A DNA stretch of 64,000 bases from Planctomycetota bacterium (GTDB lineage: Bacteria > Planctomycetota > UBA8108 > SXIK01), in contig OZ244999.1 in the NCBI GenBank assembly GCA_965223265.1, positions 5,504,001 through 5,568,000 on the forward strand. Reading direction: 5' to 3'. The translations under genes and the position numbers were made by a program. Shown here one piece after another: positions 38,000-47,913 of this stretch (the first letter of the stretch is position 1; each line of letters opens with the position of its first letter). The notes under the pieces are model-generated. The model had not been told where the DNA came from and did no database searches. It saw nothing but the letters and a program-made list of their open reading frames with translations.

Positions 38000-40348
38000 T
38001 CACTCTCCGGGCCGAAACTCTTCCTTAGGCCGAACGCGGAGATTCTCGGTGTACCCGTACTTGCTGACGAGTTGGCTAAGATAGTGAGGGTACTCGACGA
38101 TTGGTCGATCATCCGTGATCACCAGGCGCCCATCACCCCATGGCAACTGCCTCTCGTCGACGATGGCCGCGATCTTCGCCGCCCCTTCATCACCACCGTA
38201 GGTACGAACCCAGTCCCAGAACGTGTTGCCTCGATGGAGAGAGGCTTTACTTGCGACGGCTTCGACCGAAAGATCGATCGGTTCGTCAGAAAGCAGCACC
38301 AAATAGCCACCGTAGCAAACGACTCCGTGGTCGAACACTTGACGAGCGGTCTGACGTACCGCGAACGCCTGCTCATCCGTGCCGTACGCGTAGAGACACA
38401 GGACACCTCCCGGCTTCAGTCGAGCACTGAGCTGGCGGTAGAACTCGATCGAGTTCAAGAGCGCAGCACCCGCTTGTCGCAAGTACAGCGGAGCTGTGGT
38501 GATGACGTCATATTTCTGCTCGTTGAGAGCCAATCCAGTTCTCGCGTCCTGCCAGATGAGGTTCAGCCGTGGCGTGTCCGCAACGTGGAGCGTCCCCTCC
38601 GGGTAGAGTGCGTGGACACGCTTGAGCGTATGGTTAATCTCGTAGGCGTCGACGCGCTCGACTGCCGGCAGCTGTGCCAGGGTCGCAGCAGTGACTCCAA
38701 CCCCCGCTCCGATGACGCAGACGTCTCGGACCTCGCCGCTGTGCGCGAGAACGGGAGATACAGCCATCCACCAATTGCTGTCTCCCACATGATCACCGGG
38801 ACTTTGCGACACCTTTGAGTGCCAGAGCCCGTCCCAGAACATGTGTCCTTCTCTCGAGACACCGATAACACCGTCACGTCCGAAGAAGACGCGCATCGAG
38901 GGGAACCATCTCGACGTATCCACAAACAGAGGGGTGAGCAGCAAGGCACCAGCCAGGCCGACCGTGCACACAGCTCGTGACCACACGCTCCGACCCTCGA
39001 CAAGCGAATCGTTGTGAAGCGCCCAAAGGCTAAACGTCAAAAGAGCAAGCGCCGGGACGACGATCGCAACATGCAGCTCGTACCCCACGAGCGTAATCGC
39101 AAGAATCCCCAGGCAGCTGCCGACGGTATTCCAAGCATAGACGCGACCGACATCTCTGCCCCATGCCGATGCCGCCATGCTCGTTACCCGCGCAAAGAGG
39201 AATCCGAACAGAGCGCACGGTAGGAAGTAGTGAGACCGCGACAGAATGAAGCCAAGCATGGACCACGGCCCGTCGATCACAAGCGACGTCTTCGATTCAA
39301 GAAACATGGTGCAAGCGAGGAGCTGCAGGAGAGAACACCACACCAGCGCCGGAGAGAGGCGAAAACGCGTGCGCGCGGCGACTGCCGCGCCGAGACTCCA
39401 AAAGAGAAGAAAGCCAGTCAGGACCATCGAGAACGTATACGGAAGCGGTTCGTGGACCAGAGCACACAGACGAAACAAGAGCATCTGGTAAGCCAGGGAG
39501 CAAAAACCAAGTCCGAGGGCGAGAACATGCGCCAGTGGTAGCCTGGTGTTCGACTCGTTGCTCGACGTCTTGACCGCTGGTGTCCGTTCGGCGGTGCCTG
39601 AAGGGGATACATCGGACGCCGCGACAGATATCGGTGTAGGCGGTGGTAAGAGAAAGCGAAGCACCCAGAGCGCCAACCCTGCGAACAGATTCAGCCCGAC
39701 TGCAATGATCAGTGACTTAGCAATTCCAACGCGCGGCATGAGCCACGCGCTACCGACAACACAGCCGACAACACTCCCGACCGTATTGATGAAGAAGAGC
39801 AGCCCGATCACACGTGCGTCTCGCAGTCCCAAGCGCCGCTGGAGCACTTCAGAGGCGAGGGGCATGGTGGCTCCCATGAGCAGGCATGGGAGAGCCAAGA
39901 TCAGTACCGCCGTCACCGCATAGAGCATTCCCAGCGGCACACCTAGGGCGACGGCGGCGCGCTGAAAAGCAAATACCGACTGCGAGATGCCGGACGCAAG
40001 GATCCAGCAAACACAGAGGTTGACAACGGCAAGGAACGCTTCAACGAGCAAGAACGCGCGCAGCGGATCAACAATCCTGCGCGTATACCGCCCCATCTGC
40101 ATCGCCCCAACACCCAGGCCACCGATAAAAACGAGAACCACGATGGTCGAGCTAATCGACTCGCTTCCACCGAGGAAGCGCTTGAGCGAGCGCTGCCAAA
40201 AGACTTCGTTCAGCAACCCGGCCGCACCTGACGCAAGAAGTGCGACGGCCATCAAGCTGACAATCACCGCAGGATGAGGTAAGGCGCGGTCGCGCTCGCT
40301 GCTCGTTAGCGGAGACGGTTGTAGTTCGGCGACACTGGATGACACCAC
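38000..40348 (-). CDS. Fused membrane (MFS-like) / spermidine-synthase-type SAM-fold protein
   Basis: SGAAGLLNEVFWQR; LMGATMP; NTVGS twice; ~13 TM segments; C-terminal VCVIGAGVG...YEIN...DAR...EFY...LKPGG...ITDDRPIVEY. Confidence 0.85.
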   Translation of the reverse strand: MVSSSVAELQPSPLTSSERDRALPHPAVIVSLMAVALLASGAAGLLNEVFWQRSLKRFLGGSESISSTIVVLVFIGGLGVGAMQMGRYTRRIVDPLRAFLLVEAFLAVVNLCVCWILASGISQSVFAFQRAAVALGVPLGMLYAVTAVLILALPCLLMGATMPLASEVLQRRLGLRDARVIGLLFFINTVGSVVGCVVGSAWLMPRVGIAKSLIIAVGLNLFAGLALWVLRFLLPPPTPISVAASDVSPSGTAERTPAVKTSSNESNTRLPLAHVLALGLGFCSLAYQMLLFRLCALVHEPLPYTFSMVLTGFLLFWSLGAAVAARTRFRLSPALVWCSLLQLLACTMFLESKTSLVIDGPWSMLGFILSRSHYFLPCALFGFLFARVTSMAASAWGRDVGRVYAWNTVGSCLGILAITLVGYELHVAIVVPALALLTFSLWALHNDSLVEGRSVWSRAVCTVGLAGALLLTPLFVDTSRWFPSMRVFFGRDGVIGVSREGHMFWDGLWHSKVSQSPGDHVGDSNWWMAVSPVLAHSGEVRDVCVIGAGVGVTAATLAQLPAVERVDAYEINHTLKRVHALYPEGTLHVADTPRLNLIWQDARTGLALNEQKYDVITTAPLYLRQAGAALLNSIEFYRQLSARLKPGGVLCLYAYGTDEQAFAVRQTARQVFDHGVVCYGGYLVLLSDEPIDLSVEAVASKASLHRGNTFWDWVRTYGGDEGAAKIAAIVDERQLPWGDGRLVITDDRPIVEYPHYLSQLVSKYGYTENLRVRPKEEFRPGE

Positions 40349-40625
40349 GAGCGACTTCTCCTCGACCGAAAAACATAGCAGCCTCGATGGGCCGCAAAAG
40401 TGGCGACTTCACGTGCCGTCACGGCGAAGTATACCCTGGCATTCCAGGGCTGTCGCAACGAGCGCGGTGGAGAAGCGTGCACAGTACCATCACCGTGGAT
40501 TCTTTGGGGAGCGTGCATGGACTGCAGCGATCCTCATTACCGGTCGCGGCAAATCTCTCCATGCAGAGAGCGGTTACAACTACAGCGCAGCGGAGAACGC
40601 TTATCGGCAGCGTTTCCAAGAATCG

Positions 40626-42209
40626 TCAGTTAGCGCCCCTGCAAGAAATCTTACAGACGACGCTCCGCGTTGCCGGTGGCCTTGGCTCGGCGTGAGGCAA
40701 AATTGGGCGAACGACTTGTTCGAGCTGAAGCGTCACGACAGGGTCGTCACCTTGCACCTGCGACGAAGCCCCATCGATCTCCCCGCAAAGCCAGCGCAGA
40801 TAGTGTGACTGCAGAGCCTCGTGCCGCGGATCGCGCAGCAGTCGCTCCAGGTAATACTTGAAACGATAGGATGCGTGGAGCTGCGACAACTCGGAAGAAT
40901 CGCTCAGCGAAAAAAGTTCGGCCGCGTCTCCGACTACGACACCGCTCTCCCGGCGCCCAGAGATCTCAAATGAAACGTCCTCCTGCGGAGGTCGCGCATA
41001 CATCTGCCAGCGTTGCTTGATGAGTGACAACTCCTCGAACTGAGTCAAGAAGCTAGGAGTAGGGATCAGCCCGAGGTTGGTGAGATTCTGAAAAACCATT
41101 AGAAGCATCAGAATCGCTACGACCGCGGTGCCGAACCTACCGCGCGACCGAGCGGTCACCGCAGACGTCCCAGTACCGCCAAGCTCGTTCGTGTCGTCTG
41201 TGAGGTGCTCTGCATGGCGAGCACGTTCGAGCTCCCGACCCGTTCTCGCAGAAGTCTCCCCGTCGTTGGCACCGTCACGTCGTGGCCACCAGAGCCTCTC
41301 CCAGAACCACGTGGGGATAAGAAACAGCGTAGTCAGCGTAGAGATGAACGGAAAGAGATTGAGTTGAATCGTACTTCCAAGGCTCAGTTGAAAGATCCAG
41401 AACGAAAGGATTGTCAGCATCCGGATCGGGCCGTGCCAGACGGGAACAAGAAGTAACAACGGGCCGAGCAGCTCGAATATGATCGTCGCCGGAGTCAAGA
41501 CGCGAAGCAGGGCGGGAGACTCACTCAATACGTTACCGAGCGGGCGATTCCAGTACTCGTTCTGAAAAACAAGCTCTAGGGCGTTTCCGGTTGACGTCCA
41601 TTCTGGTCCCGATTTGCAGAGCCCCCCACCCCAGTAGAAGAGGATGAACTGCAGAGTCAACGCCACGGTGGCAAGAGAATAGCAGCGCGTCCCCGTGGCG
41701 TGCTCGCGAGATTGAAATCGCCCCAATCGAAGCGACCAGCGAGCCCCCAAAGGCAAAAAGACCCCCCAGAGAAGCAGCAATCGCACGAGTGCATCGCCAC
41801 CGTCGAGTAGCAAAGGGTTGCGCGCATGTAGCGACGTCATCAGGAGCCAACACCCGAAGCTCGCGACGCGAGCGTACACGCCCACGAGAAGAAACGCGGC
41901 GAACACGCCTGTGGTGCAAAACAGGAGGAGCTCAGTGACGTAGGATCCACCGAGAGCGTGGAAAGAAAGAGCGACGCCGGAAAGTGCGTCGCGTGGAAGG
42001 ACTCCCGCGTCGGTATAGTGAGCTGTCAGATGACGACTTCGGAGAACTAAATCGATGAGTATCAGCGACGCGAGAGCAATGCGAAAGAGCGATACAGACC
42101 TCAGGTCAGCGCCAAAGAGCTTGGAGAACGTGTCTCCCGCGGTAGTACGAGCCGATGCCCGCGTTGCTTCGACTTGCTGCTTGTGATCCGACGTTGTCGG
42201 AGGACTCAT
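40626..42209 (-). CDS. HTTM-domain membrane protein (vitamin K-dependent carboxylase-related)
   Basis: DLRSVSLFRIAL; HYTDAGVLPR; SLHARNPLLLDGGD; FLPLGARWS; QRWQMYA. Confidence 0.85.
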   Translation of the reverse strand: MSPPTTSDHKQQVEATRASARTTAGDTFSKLFGADLRSVSLFRIALASLILIDLVLRSRHLTAHYTDAGVLPRDALSGVALSFHALGGSYVTELLLFCTTGVFAAFLLVGVYARVASFGCWLLMTSLHARNPLLLDGGDALVRLLLLWGVFLPLGARWSLRLGRFQSREHATGTRCYSLATVALTLQFILFYWGGGLCKSGPEWTSTGNALELVFQNEYWNRPLGNVLSESPALLRVLTPATIIFELLGPLLLLVPVWHGPIRMLTILSFWIFQLSLGSTIQLNLFPFISTLTTLFLIPTWFWERLWWPRRDGANDGETSARTGRELERARHAEHLTDDTNELGGTGTSAVTARSRGRFGTAVVAILMLLMVFQNLTNLGLIPTPSFLTQFEELSLIKQRWQMYARPPQEDVSFEISGRRESGVVVGDAAELFSLSDSSELSQLHASYRFKYYLERLLRDPRHEALQSHYLRWLCGEIDGASSQVQGDDPVVTLQLEQVVRPILPHAEPRPPATRSVVCKISCRGAN

Positions 42210-42370
42210 TTGAATTCGGGACTTCCTTGATGCGCCGTCGGCGTCAGATGCGACGAAATCACACGACAGATGAGTCGACTACGGACGAAGCTCAGCTACA
42301 GCCACATCCGAGTGGTGGTGATAAACCCGGCGTCGTCGATCGATACGCGCGTTCGCAAACGGTCTACGAT

Positions 42371-45300
42371 TTAGCGTGGATAGACGAATTCCTTGAGGTT
42401 GAAGACGGCGTGGGCGACATCTCGCCACAATCGCTCGTCAGTCATGACGTCTGGCGGACTGGTATCATAGAGCGCCAGCAGTTCGGCGATCATCGACTCG
42501 AAGCGGTCAATCTCTTCAGGCGACGCCAATCGCCCAACGCCAGAGAGAAATACGGCGCCAAGACGGTCCCGCACGTTCGTGCTCCCATCCTTTACCAGCC
42601 GACTGGCCCAGTATCCAGCCTGCTGTAGCACAAACGGATCGTTGAGAAGCGTCAGCGCTTGAGATGGCACGTTGGTCACGTCGCGCCGACCGTTCGCGTG
42701 CTTTGGATCAGGCAGATTGAACACCGCAAGGAATGGCGGTTCCTCGGTGAGCGTCACGCGAATGTAGAGGCTCCGTCGCCCGTTCGCATCCAACGGTCCC
42801 GAAAACAGCTTTCGCGTAGGGCGCTCCTCCAAGCGAAAGGGATGAATGCTACGGCCGTAGAGCGAGCGATTGAGCTGCCGCGAGATCGTCAACATCGCGT
42901 CGCGGATCACCTCGCCCTCAAGACGACGTACAGCGTAGTGATGGAGAAGGCGATTTCCTGCGTCGGCTTCCATATTCCCACGAGTAGCGCGACTCGACAA
43001 TTGAAACGCCTCGGTCAACAGGAGCGAACGGACGAGCTTCTTGAGCGACCAACCATTCTCGATAAAGTCTCGCGCTAAGTAGTCAAGGAGCTCTGGATGG
43101 CTGGGTCGCTCGCCGAGCTGCCCAAAGTCGTCGCTTGTCGCCACGAGACCCGTTCCGAAGACGTGCTGCCAGACGCGATTGACAAAAACGCGTGCGGTGA
43201 GCGGGTTGTCCGGGCTGGCCACGAACTCAGCAAGCTCGCGACGTCCGCTGCCCGGCGCCAAAACGGTGGCGCTTGTGCCAGTTATCGACTCAACGTAGCC
43301 GCGAGCCACAAGCTCACCTGGCTGATGAGCCTCACCAGCAACTCGAAGCGGCACGTCGAACCCGCGGTCGAAGTCCGCCACTCCGGCTACAAGCCGCGGC
43401 GCTCCCAACGACGATTCGACCGCACGGTATCGAGCCACCAATTCCGCAACCGCAGCCGATGCGTCGAGGTGATTCGGCACCAGGTCGGCTTGCACCATCC
43501 AGTCCACCCAGATAGCGTCTCGATCAGTGGCGACGCCGTCGGCCCAGGCGTCGACGGCATTCGCCAAAACCTTCGCATACCGCTCGCCGACATCCGCCAA
43601 CGTCTGCGGCACGGTGCCGTCAAAGAGATCCAGCATGTAGGCGAGATCGACGCGAGGCGGCTCCTTGTCATCATGGAGGACCACGCGGCGAACACTGAAC
43701 TGCGAGCGGATGTCGTCGTGATCAACTCGCTTATCGTAAAAGATGCCAGGGTAGCCGTAGTCGTCGAACTTGGTCACAAATTCGACGAAAGCCGGAACGA
43801 ACGGCTCCTCCGCGGCGGTCTCCATCGTGCGCCATTCGAACCTTGTCGAAGAGAGCGGATGGGACGCGCCGTTGGTGACGGCGCAGTTCTCATAGACATT
43901 TCTCCAGGCAGCACGGCGGCCACCAGCCACCTCGAAGCTAACGAAACGTTTTTCCTTCGGGAGAAGTGGCGAACGCAGCGACGCGTTCAGGCGATTTGAA
44001 AGTCGGTGCGTATGGAATCCAGGTTGCAAAATCGAATGCACTACGCGGTCACCGTCGCAAGCAACGACAAAATCCACGCTCTCCGAAACACCATCGCTCG
44101 TCGCCAGACCGCTGCGATCCCACGCCGTCGTATTCCCGGAACGAAAATCGGCAAACAAATCGAAACGACTTTCGTTGAACGATGATCGCTGGCGCTGTTC
44201 GCTCCCGTAGAGTTCGCCGACCCGAGTCCAGGTGGCCGCGACGCTCACTTCCTCGAGCTGCACCTCGGCTGCAACCAGCGTCGCGCCGCGTTCGCCTTGC
44301 GCAACGGCGACAACTTCCAGCCAAGGCAACAGAAACAAGTCGAACTGCGGAGAACTCCTCGCGCCGTCAGATTCCTTTGTCTTCTTGTCCACCTTCTGCC
44401 GCGTGGTGTCGAGAGCCGCCACCCACTTGGCGAGCCGCTCCGAGTCGAGATCACCGTTCGCCGCCGCAGCGCCGTCTATCTTCGCCTGAGCGGCCGCGAG
44501 ATAGCGCCCCACCTTCGCGACCTCCTGCCGCCAAAGTGAGGCGATCGCAGAACGAATGCGTGGCTTTAGCGCGCGGAGTTGCCGCTTTTGCGCGTCGTAC
44601 AGATCGGGACGGTCGATGGTGTGTACGACCTGACGAGAGCTCGCAAAGATGCCACTGAGTGCATAGTACTCACGGAGCGACACCGCATCGAACTTGTGGT
44701 CGTGACAGCGCGCACACGCCAGAGTCGTTGCTTGGAAAGCTTTCGAAAACGTATCGATCTGGTGATCGATCACATCGAGGTTATTCTCGGGGAACTTCCG
44801 GCAGTCGTCGTGATCCACTTCGCCGAATCGAAAAAAAGCCGTTCCGATGCGCGACTCGTTGACCGCCGCAGACTCATTCCAGCGTGGCTCCTCGAGTAGA
44901 TCCCCGGCGATGTGCTCACGGACAAACATGTCGTAAGGCACGTCAGCGTTCAACGCGCGCACGACGTAGTCTCGGTATCGCCAAGCTCCCCGCAGGTCCA
45001 CGTTCCACTCGTGGCCGTGCGACTCACCGTAGCCGACGACGTCCATCCAATGCCGAGCCCACCGTTCGCCGAAGTGAGGCGACGCCAGCAACCGATCGAC
45101 GACGCGCTCAAAAGCTCGCGGATCGCGGTCGGAGATGAACGACTCGATTTCGACGCCGCTCGGAGGCAAGCCAGTAAGCACGAAATGAGTTCGTCGCAGA
45201 AGCGAGTAGCGATCTGCGGGCTCGCTTCGCGATAGACCTTCTTGCCGCAGCGCGGCAAGAAGAAACCTGTCGATGGGCTGTGCGCCCTGGTCCGCTGCTG

Positions 45301-45859
45301 AAGTCGGCGGCTTGGCGGCGGCGAGCGCTCGTCGGCTCCACCAGTTCTCGCCCCCGGCGCTGCCGGCGTCGGTCGTCGCGGCCTGTGTACTCAACTCCTC
45401 GCGTGGGTCGTACGCGCCGCTTCGAATCCAGATGGAGAAATCTCTGACGACATTCTCAGGCAACTTCTCCTTCGGCGGCATGGCTGGCCCATCGTGACGG
45501 AGGGCCTTCACGAGCAAACTCGCCTCGACGTCCCCGGGGACCACTGCAGGCCCAGAGTCACCCCCGCGGCGAATGGCAATGCGGGAGTCAAGGAGCAGCC
45601 CCGCCTTTGGCTCACTCGTTCGACGTGAGTGACAGCTGTAGCACTTAGAAACCAGCACCGGTCGAATTCTTCGCTCGAAGAACTCAGCGTCAGCCGCGGC
45701 GCGCGGCTCTTCGCTTCGACCGGCCAGCCCCTGCGGCACCAAGAAAAGCCAGACGAACGCGACGATCAGGCAGGCACGAGCGCCGAACAGCCAAGCAGGC
45801 GGCCTGTATCCGCTGGACACAGCGACCTGACGTTTTAGCTGTTGACTGATCACTAGCAT
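42371..45859 (-). CDS. Planctomycete cytochrome c + DUF1549 (PSCyt2) + DUF1553 (PSD1) protein
   Basis: FFERRIRPVL..CYSCH; VDRLLASPHFGERWARHWMD; CARCHDHKFD; NPLTARVFVNRVWQHVFG; PSHPELLDYLA; QALTLLN. Confidence 0.93.
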   Translation of the reverse strand: MLVISQQLKRQVAVSSGYRPPAWLFGARACLIVAFVWLFLVPQGLAGRSEEPRAAADAEFFERRIRPVLVSKCYSCHSRRTSEPKAGLLLDSRIAIRRGGDSGPAVVPGDVEASLLVKALRHDGPAMPPKEKLPENVVRDFSIWIRSGAYDPREELSTQAATTDAGSAGGENWWSRRALAAAKPPTSAADQGAQPIDRFLLAALRQEGLSRSEPADRYSLLRRTHFVLTGLPPSGVEIESFISDRDPRAFERVVDRLLASPHFGERWARHWMDVVGYGESHGHEWNVDLRGAWRYRDYVVRALNADVPYDMFVREHIAGDLLEEPRWNESAAVNESRIGTAFFRFGEVDHDDCRKFPENNLDVIDHQIDTFSKAFQATTLACARCHDHKFDAVSLREYYALSGIFASSRQVVHTIDRPDLYDAQKRQLRALKPRIRSAIASLWRQEVAKVGRYLAAAQAKIDGAAAANGDLDSERLAKWVAALDTTRQKVDKKTKESDGARSSPQFDLFLLPWLEVVAVAQGERGATLVAAEVQLEEVSVAATWTRVGELYGSEQRQRSSFNESRFDLFADFRSGNTTAWDRSGLATSDGVSESVDFVVACDGDRVVHSILQPGFHTHRLSNRLNASLRSPLLPKEKRFVSFEVAGGRRAAWRNVYENCAVTNGASHPLSSTRFEWRTMETAAEEPFVPAFVEFVTKFDDYGYPGIFYDKRVDHDDIRSQFSVRRVVLHDDKEPPRVDLAYMLDLFDGTVPQTLADVGERYAKVLANAVDAWADGVATDRDAIWVDWMVQADLVPNHLDASAAVAELVARYRAVESSLGAPRLVAGVADFDRGFDVPLRVAGEAHQPGELVARGYVESITGTSATVLAPGSGRRELAEFVASPDNPLTARVFVNRVWQHVFGTGLVATSDDFGQLGERPSHPELLDYLARDFIENGWSLKKLVRSLLLTEAFQLSSRATRGNMEADAGNRLLHHYAVRRLEGEVIRDAMLTISRQLNRSLYGRSIHPFRLEERPTRKLFSGPLDANGRRSLYIRVTLTEEPPFLAVFNLPDPKHANGRRDVTNVPSQALTLLNDPFVLQQAGYWASRLVKDGSTNVRDRLGAVFLSGVGRLASPEEIDRFESMIAELLALYDTSPPDVMTDERLWRDVAHAVFNLKEFVYPR

Positions 45860-46159
45860 TCCCGGGCCAAGGGCTTCGAGACAAGTTCCTCGCTGAGTGG
45901 CGTCGCGACCTGTTCAGATCGCTAACCATGCTCACCGCCACCTGAAAACCACCCGCCGGCGGCGGGCAAAGATCGTGGTGGTCTCGCGGCCCTATTAGAC
46001 AGTGGCGCGCCAGTCTACACAACATCGATCCGGCCGTCGCAGCCGGGCCGTCTGTGCGGCTGGATGCAAGCTGGCGCGACGTCGGTAGCGACAGCCGTCG
46101 GCCGTGTCTCCCACGCTTCCCGATGATCGCACGGCGACGTCGGGCGTCACGTAGTCAGC

Positions 46160-46693
46160 CTATGGCCACAAATCGACATTCCCAGGAATCGTTTCGCGTT
46201 CGCGACCCTTTCCAACTTCGTCACGCGATCTCGCCTCCTCGAGAAGGAATCGGTCGATACGGAGGCCAGCGGCAGGAAGAGGAAACACCTCGTCGCCCGA
46301 AAAAATCTCGAACGAGTAGAAAGGCTGATCCCAAGTACTGATGTGTCGCACGATGTGGGCAGTGTGCTTTTTCAAGACGCGCTCCAGCGCGGACTTCTCC
46401 ACCAGCCCCTTCGCGACCAGCAGCACTCCAAGTGGCTGCCGTGGAACCGACTCCGCCTGTTCCCGAAGAGCAGAGTTTAGGTCGACCAGAGAGATGAGCC
46501 CGTCTTCGACGAGCACATACCCAAGTCGCTTCTGAGTGTCGGCGGTCGCATAGACGATGCGATGATTCTGCACGAAAATGCGACCTGATCCGTGCAGACC
46601 GCCCACGTAGAGCGTTCCTGAACGGGCCGAGGCGTTGATCATCTGAAGCAGTTCCGATAGTGAGAGACCATCGAGTCGTCCGATGAGGTTCAT
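46160..46693 (-). CDS. DUF4388 (PatA-N) protein with tandem MshEN-like c-di-GMP motifs
   Basis: MNLIGRLDGLSLSELLQMI..SARSGTL; RLGYVLVEDGLISLVDLNSALREQ followed by PLGVLLVAKGLV. Confidence 0.8.
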   Translation of the reverse strand: MNLIGRLDGLSLSELLQMINASARSGTLYVGGLHGSGRIFVQNHRIVYATADTQKRLGYVLVEDGLISLVDLNSALREQAESVPRQPLGVLLVAKGLVEKSALERVLKKHTAHIVRHISTWDQPFYSFEIFSGDEVFPLPAAGLRIDRFLLEEARSRDEVGKGRERETIPGNVDLWP

Positions 46694-46720
46694 GCTTGTC
46701 CTTCTTGCTCCGCTAACGGC

Positions 46721-47350
46721 CTACCGGCCTGATTCTTTCGGGTCCATGATCAAAGTCGTGTCGTCCTCCGGAAGAGGCGGATTCTTCGGCTCGTCCGGAG
46801 CGTACTGTCCCATCAAAAAGTCGACCTGAAACTTCCAAGCGTCGACCTCTCTCCGGCTCTTCTGGTAATCGGTGTCTAGTGCGTCGAGTTTGGTACGCGT
46901 CAGCTCAAGCGCCTCTTCGGTCTGCGCGAGCTTCGCTCTTAGGCCTGTGACTTCGCTCTCAAGCGTTTGCGCTTTCGCCACTGCATCGGTTGAGTCTTGA
47001 CACGCCTTCGTGAGCTCTTCGATGCTCTCCGTATGCTCTGCAAGGCTCCGCTGTGAGGCATCGAGCTGTTCGCAAAGCTGAACATACTCTTCGCTCTCGG
47101 CTTCGAGTTGTTTCTCGAGGTCTTGAACCTTTCGCTCCAGCGACTCCGCGCGCTCACCGGTGCTGGCGAGGCGCCCCTCGAGCTCGGCGATTTTCGTCCC
47201 GTCGGATGCCTGCATCTTCGACTGACTCAGGAGCATGTCCTTCAGCTTCGCGTTCTCGGCGGCGAGATCTGCGTTACGCTCCTCGGCAGCATCGAGCGCT
47301 GAGCTGAGCTGGCGGATTTCTTCTTGATAGATAACGGATTGATCGTCCAC
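46721..47350 (-). CDS. Coiled-coil protein
   Basis: Continuous E/K/L/A-rich heptad pattern over ~170 aa with an acidic Pro-rich tail; co-oriented with the DUF4388 gene. Confidence 0.7.
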   Translation of the reverse strand: MDDQSVIYQEEIRQLSSALDAAEERNADLAAENAKLKDMLLSQSKMQASDGTKIAELEGRLASTGERAESLERKVQDLEKQLEAESEEYVQLCEQLDASQRSLAEHTESIEELTKACQDSTDAVAKAQTLESEVTGLRAKLAQTEEALELTRTKLDALDTDYQKSRREVDAWKFQVDFLMGQYAPDEPKNPPLPEDDTTLIMDPKESGR

Positions 47351-47913
47351 GTTTCGTCGGATCTGTGGCTATACGCTGATAGGCTATCGAGCGAAGAACA
47401 AGTGAGTTTTCCGATCTGAGTCGCCACCGCCGCAACTCCAGACCGAAAGGGTTCGCTGCTCTCTCACCGCTGAAATCAGTCAACCTTGAGGCCGTTCGTT
47501 CCACGAGCTGGCGCGACCCAGTAGAGACTGCGCCAACGAGGGCACGTTCCGAAGACTCTGCTATCTAGATTCAAGAGCACAACGAAGTATGAAACGGAGA
47601 GCGAAGAACGGCAAACAACCGAGACATAACCTCCCATCATCGACCCAGCGAAGTACCGAAAACGGCTCTCTGCTCAGGAAAGAAAAAATAGCCGTCGATA
47701 AGAGTACACATGCCTCCAAATTGGAGACGTCGCGTACGCGGTTCGTAGTATGGCTGCATGCGATCGTGGCTAGCTTCGCGCGCAAATGCAGCGAAGTTCA
47801 TGCAGATGGCGAGGAGCCCTATGAACCCTCCGCGACGACTACAACGTCCCATCCAAGACGAACACACAGCGGAGTCGTCTGTTCGCGAGGACAGCGACCG
47901 AACAGCGAAGACA

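Noticed and set aside
18695-47455. Shared 13-mer GACCGAAAGGGTT at ~18695 and ~47441
   Set aside because: Chance 13-bp matches are expected in 64 kb and the similarity does not extend usefully.
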